Assembly (NCBI GenBank): GCA_031425655.1
Contig: JANPJS010000002.1
Coordinates: forward strand, 1 to 16,297
Length of the DNA: 16,297 nt
Direction: 5' to 3'
From: Abditibacteriaceae bacterium
GTDB taxonomy: Bacteria > Armatimonadota > Abditibacteriia > Abditibacteriales > Abditibacteriaceae
Shown here: positions 16,273 through 16,297 of the stretch, one piece after another
Layout: each line of letters starts with the position of its first letter
Position numbering within the stretch: position 1 is the stretch's first letter
The notes under the pieces: model-generated
Told to the model about the DNA's origin: nothing
Databases searched by the model: none
Seen by the model: only the letters and a program-made list of their open reading frames with translations
Translations under genes and position numbers: made by a program

Positions 16273-16297
16273 CCCTCACCCCCGGCCCCTCTCCCAA
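16273..16297. repeat. Start of a CCCTCACCCC...CCCTCTCCC intergenic palindromic repeat, truncated at the window end
   Basis: CCCTCACCCCCGGCCCCTCTCCC directly after the stop codon. The complementary GGGAGAGGG arm would fall outside the window. Confidence 0.6.

Overview
Gene-dense bacterial chromosomal window, roughly 55-60% GC by eye. The SBP-permease fusion and the gene and repeat content suggest Armatimonadota/Abditibacteriota, but that is inference only. Left part (1-4950): a GlsB/YeaQ/YmgE membrane protein gene and a two-gene operon of unknown function, each preceded by the same sigma-54-type -24/-12 motif. The operon encodes a lipoprotein with a WW-domain-like segment and a small protein with DPYGDP repeats. 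Between these two units lies a minus-strand operon: an alpha/beta hydrolase with Asn at the nucleophile position, a PAS hybrid histidine kinase and a small membrane protein. Middle (5071-8368, minus): sugar/polyol ABC binding protein, permease (no ATPase) and a sorbitol/xylitol-type dehydrogenase. Right (8529-16270, plus): rsmA, a sugar-phosphate isomerase/epimerase, nagA, nagB, a 599-aa secreted lyase-like unknown protein and a fused SBP-permease. Most longer intergenic gaps hold short palindromic or heptamer repeats from about five families. No rRNA, tRNA, CRISPR array or transposase was seen. The best candidate for an undescribed system is the WW-like lipoprotein/DPYGDP pair and its putative sigma-54 control. 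All assignments come from motif reading by eye, not database searches.
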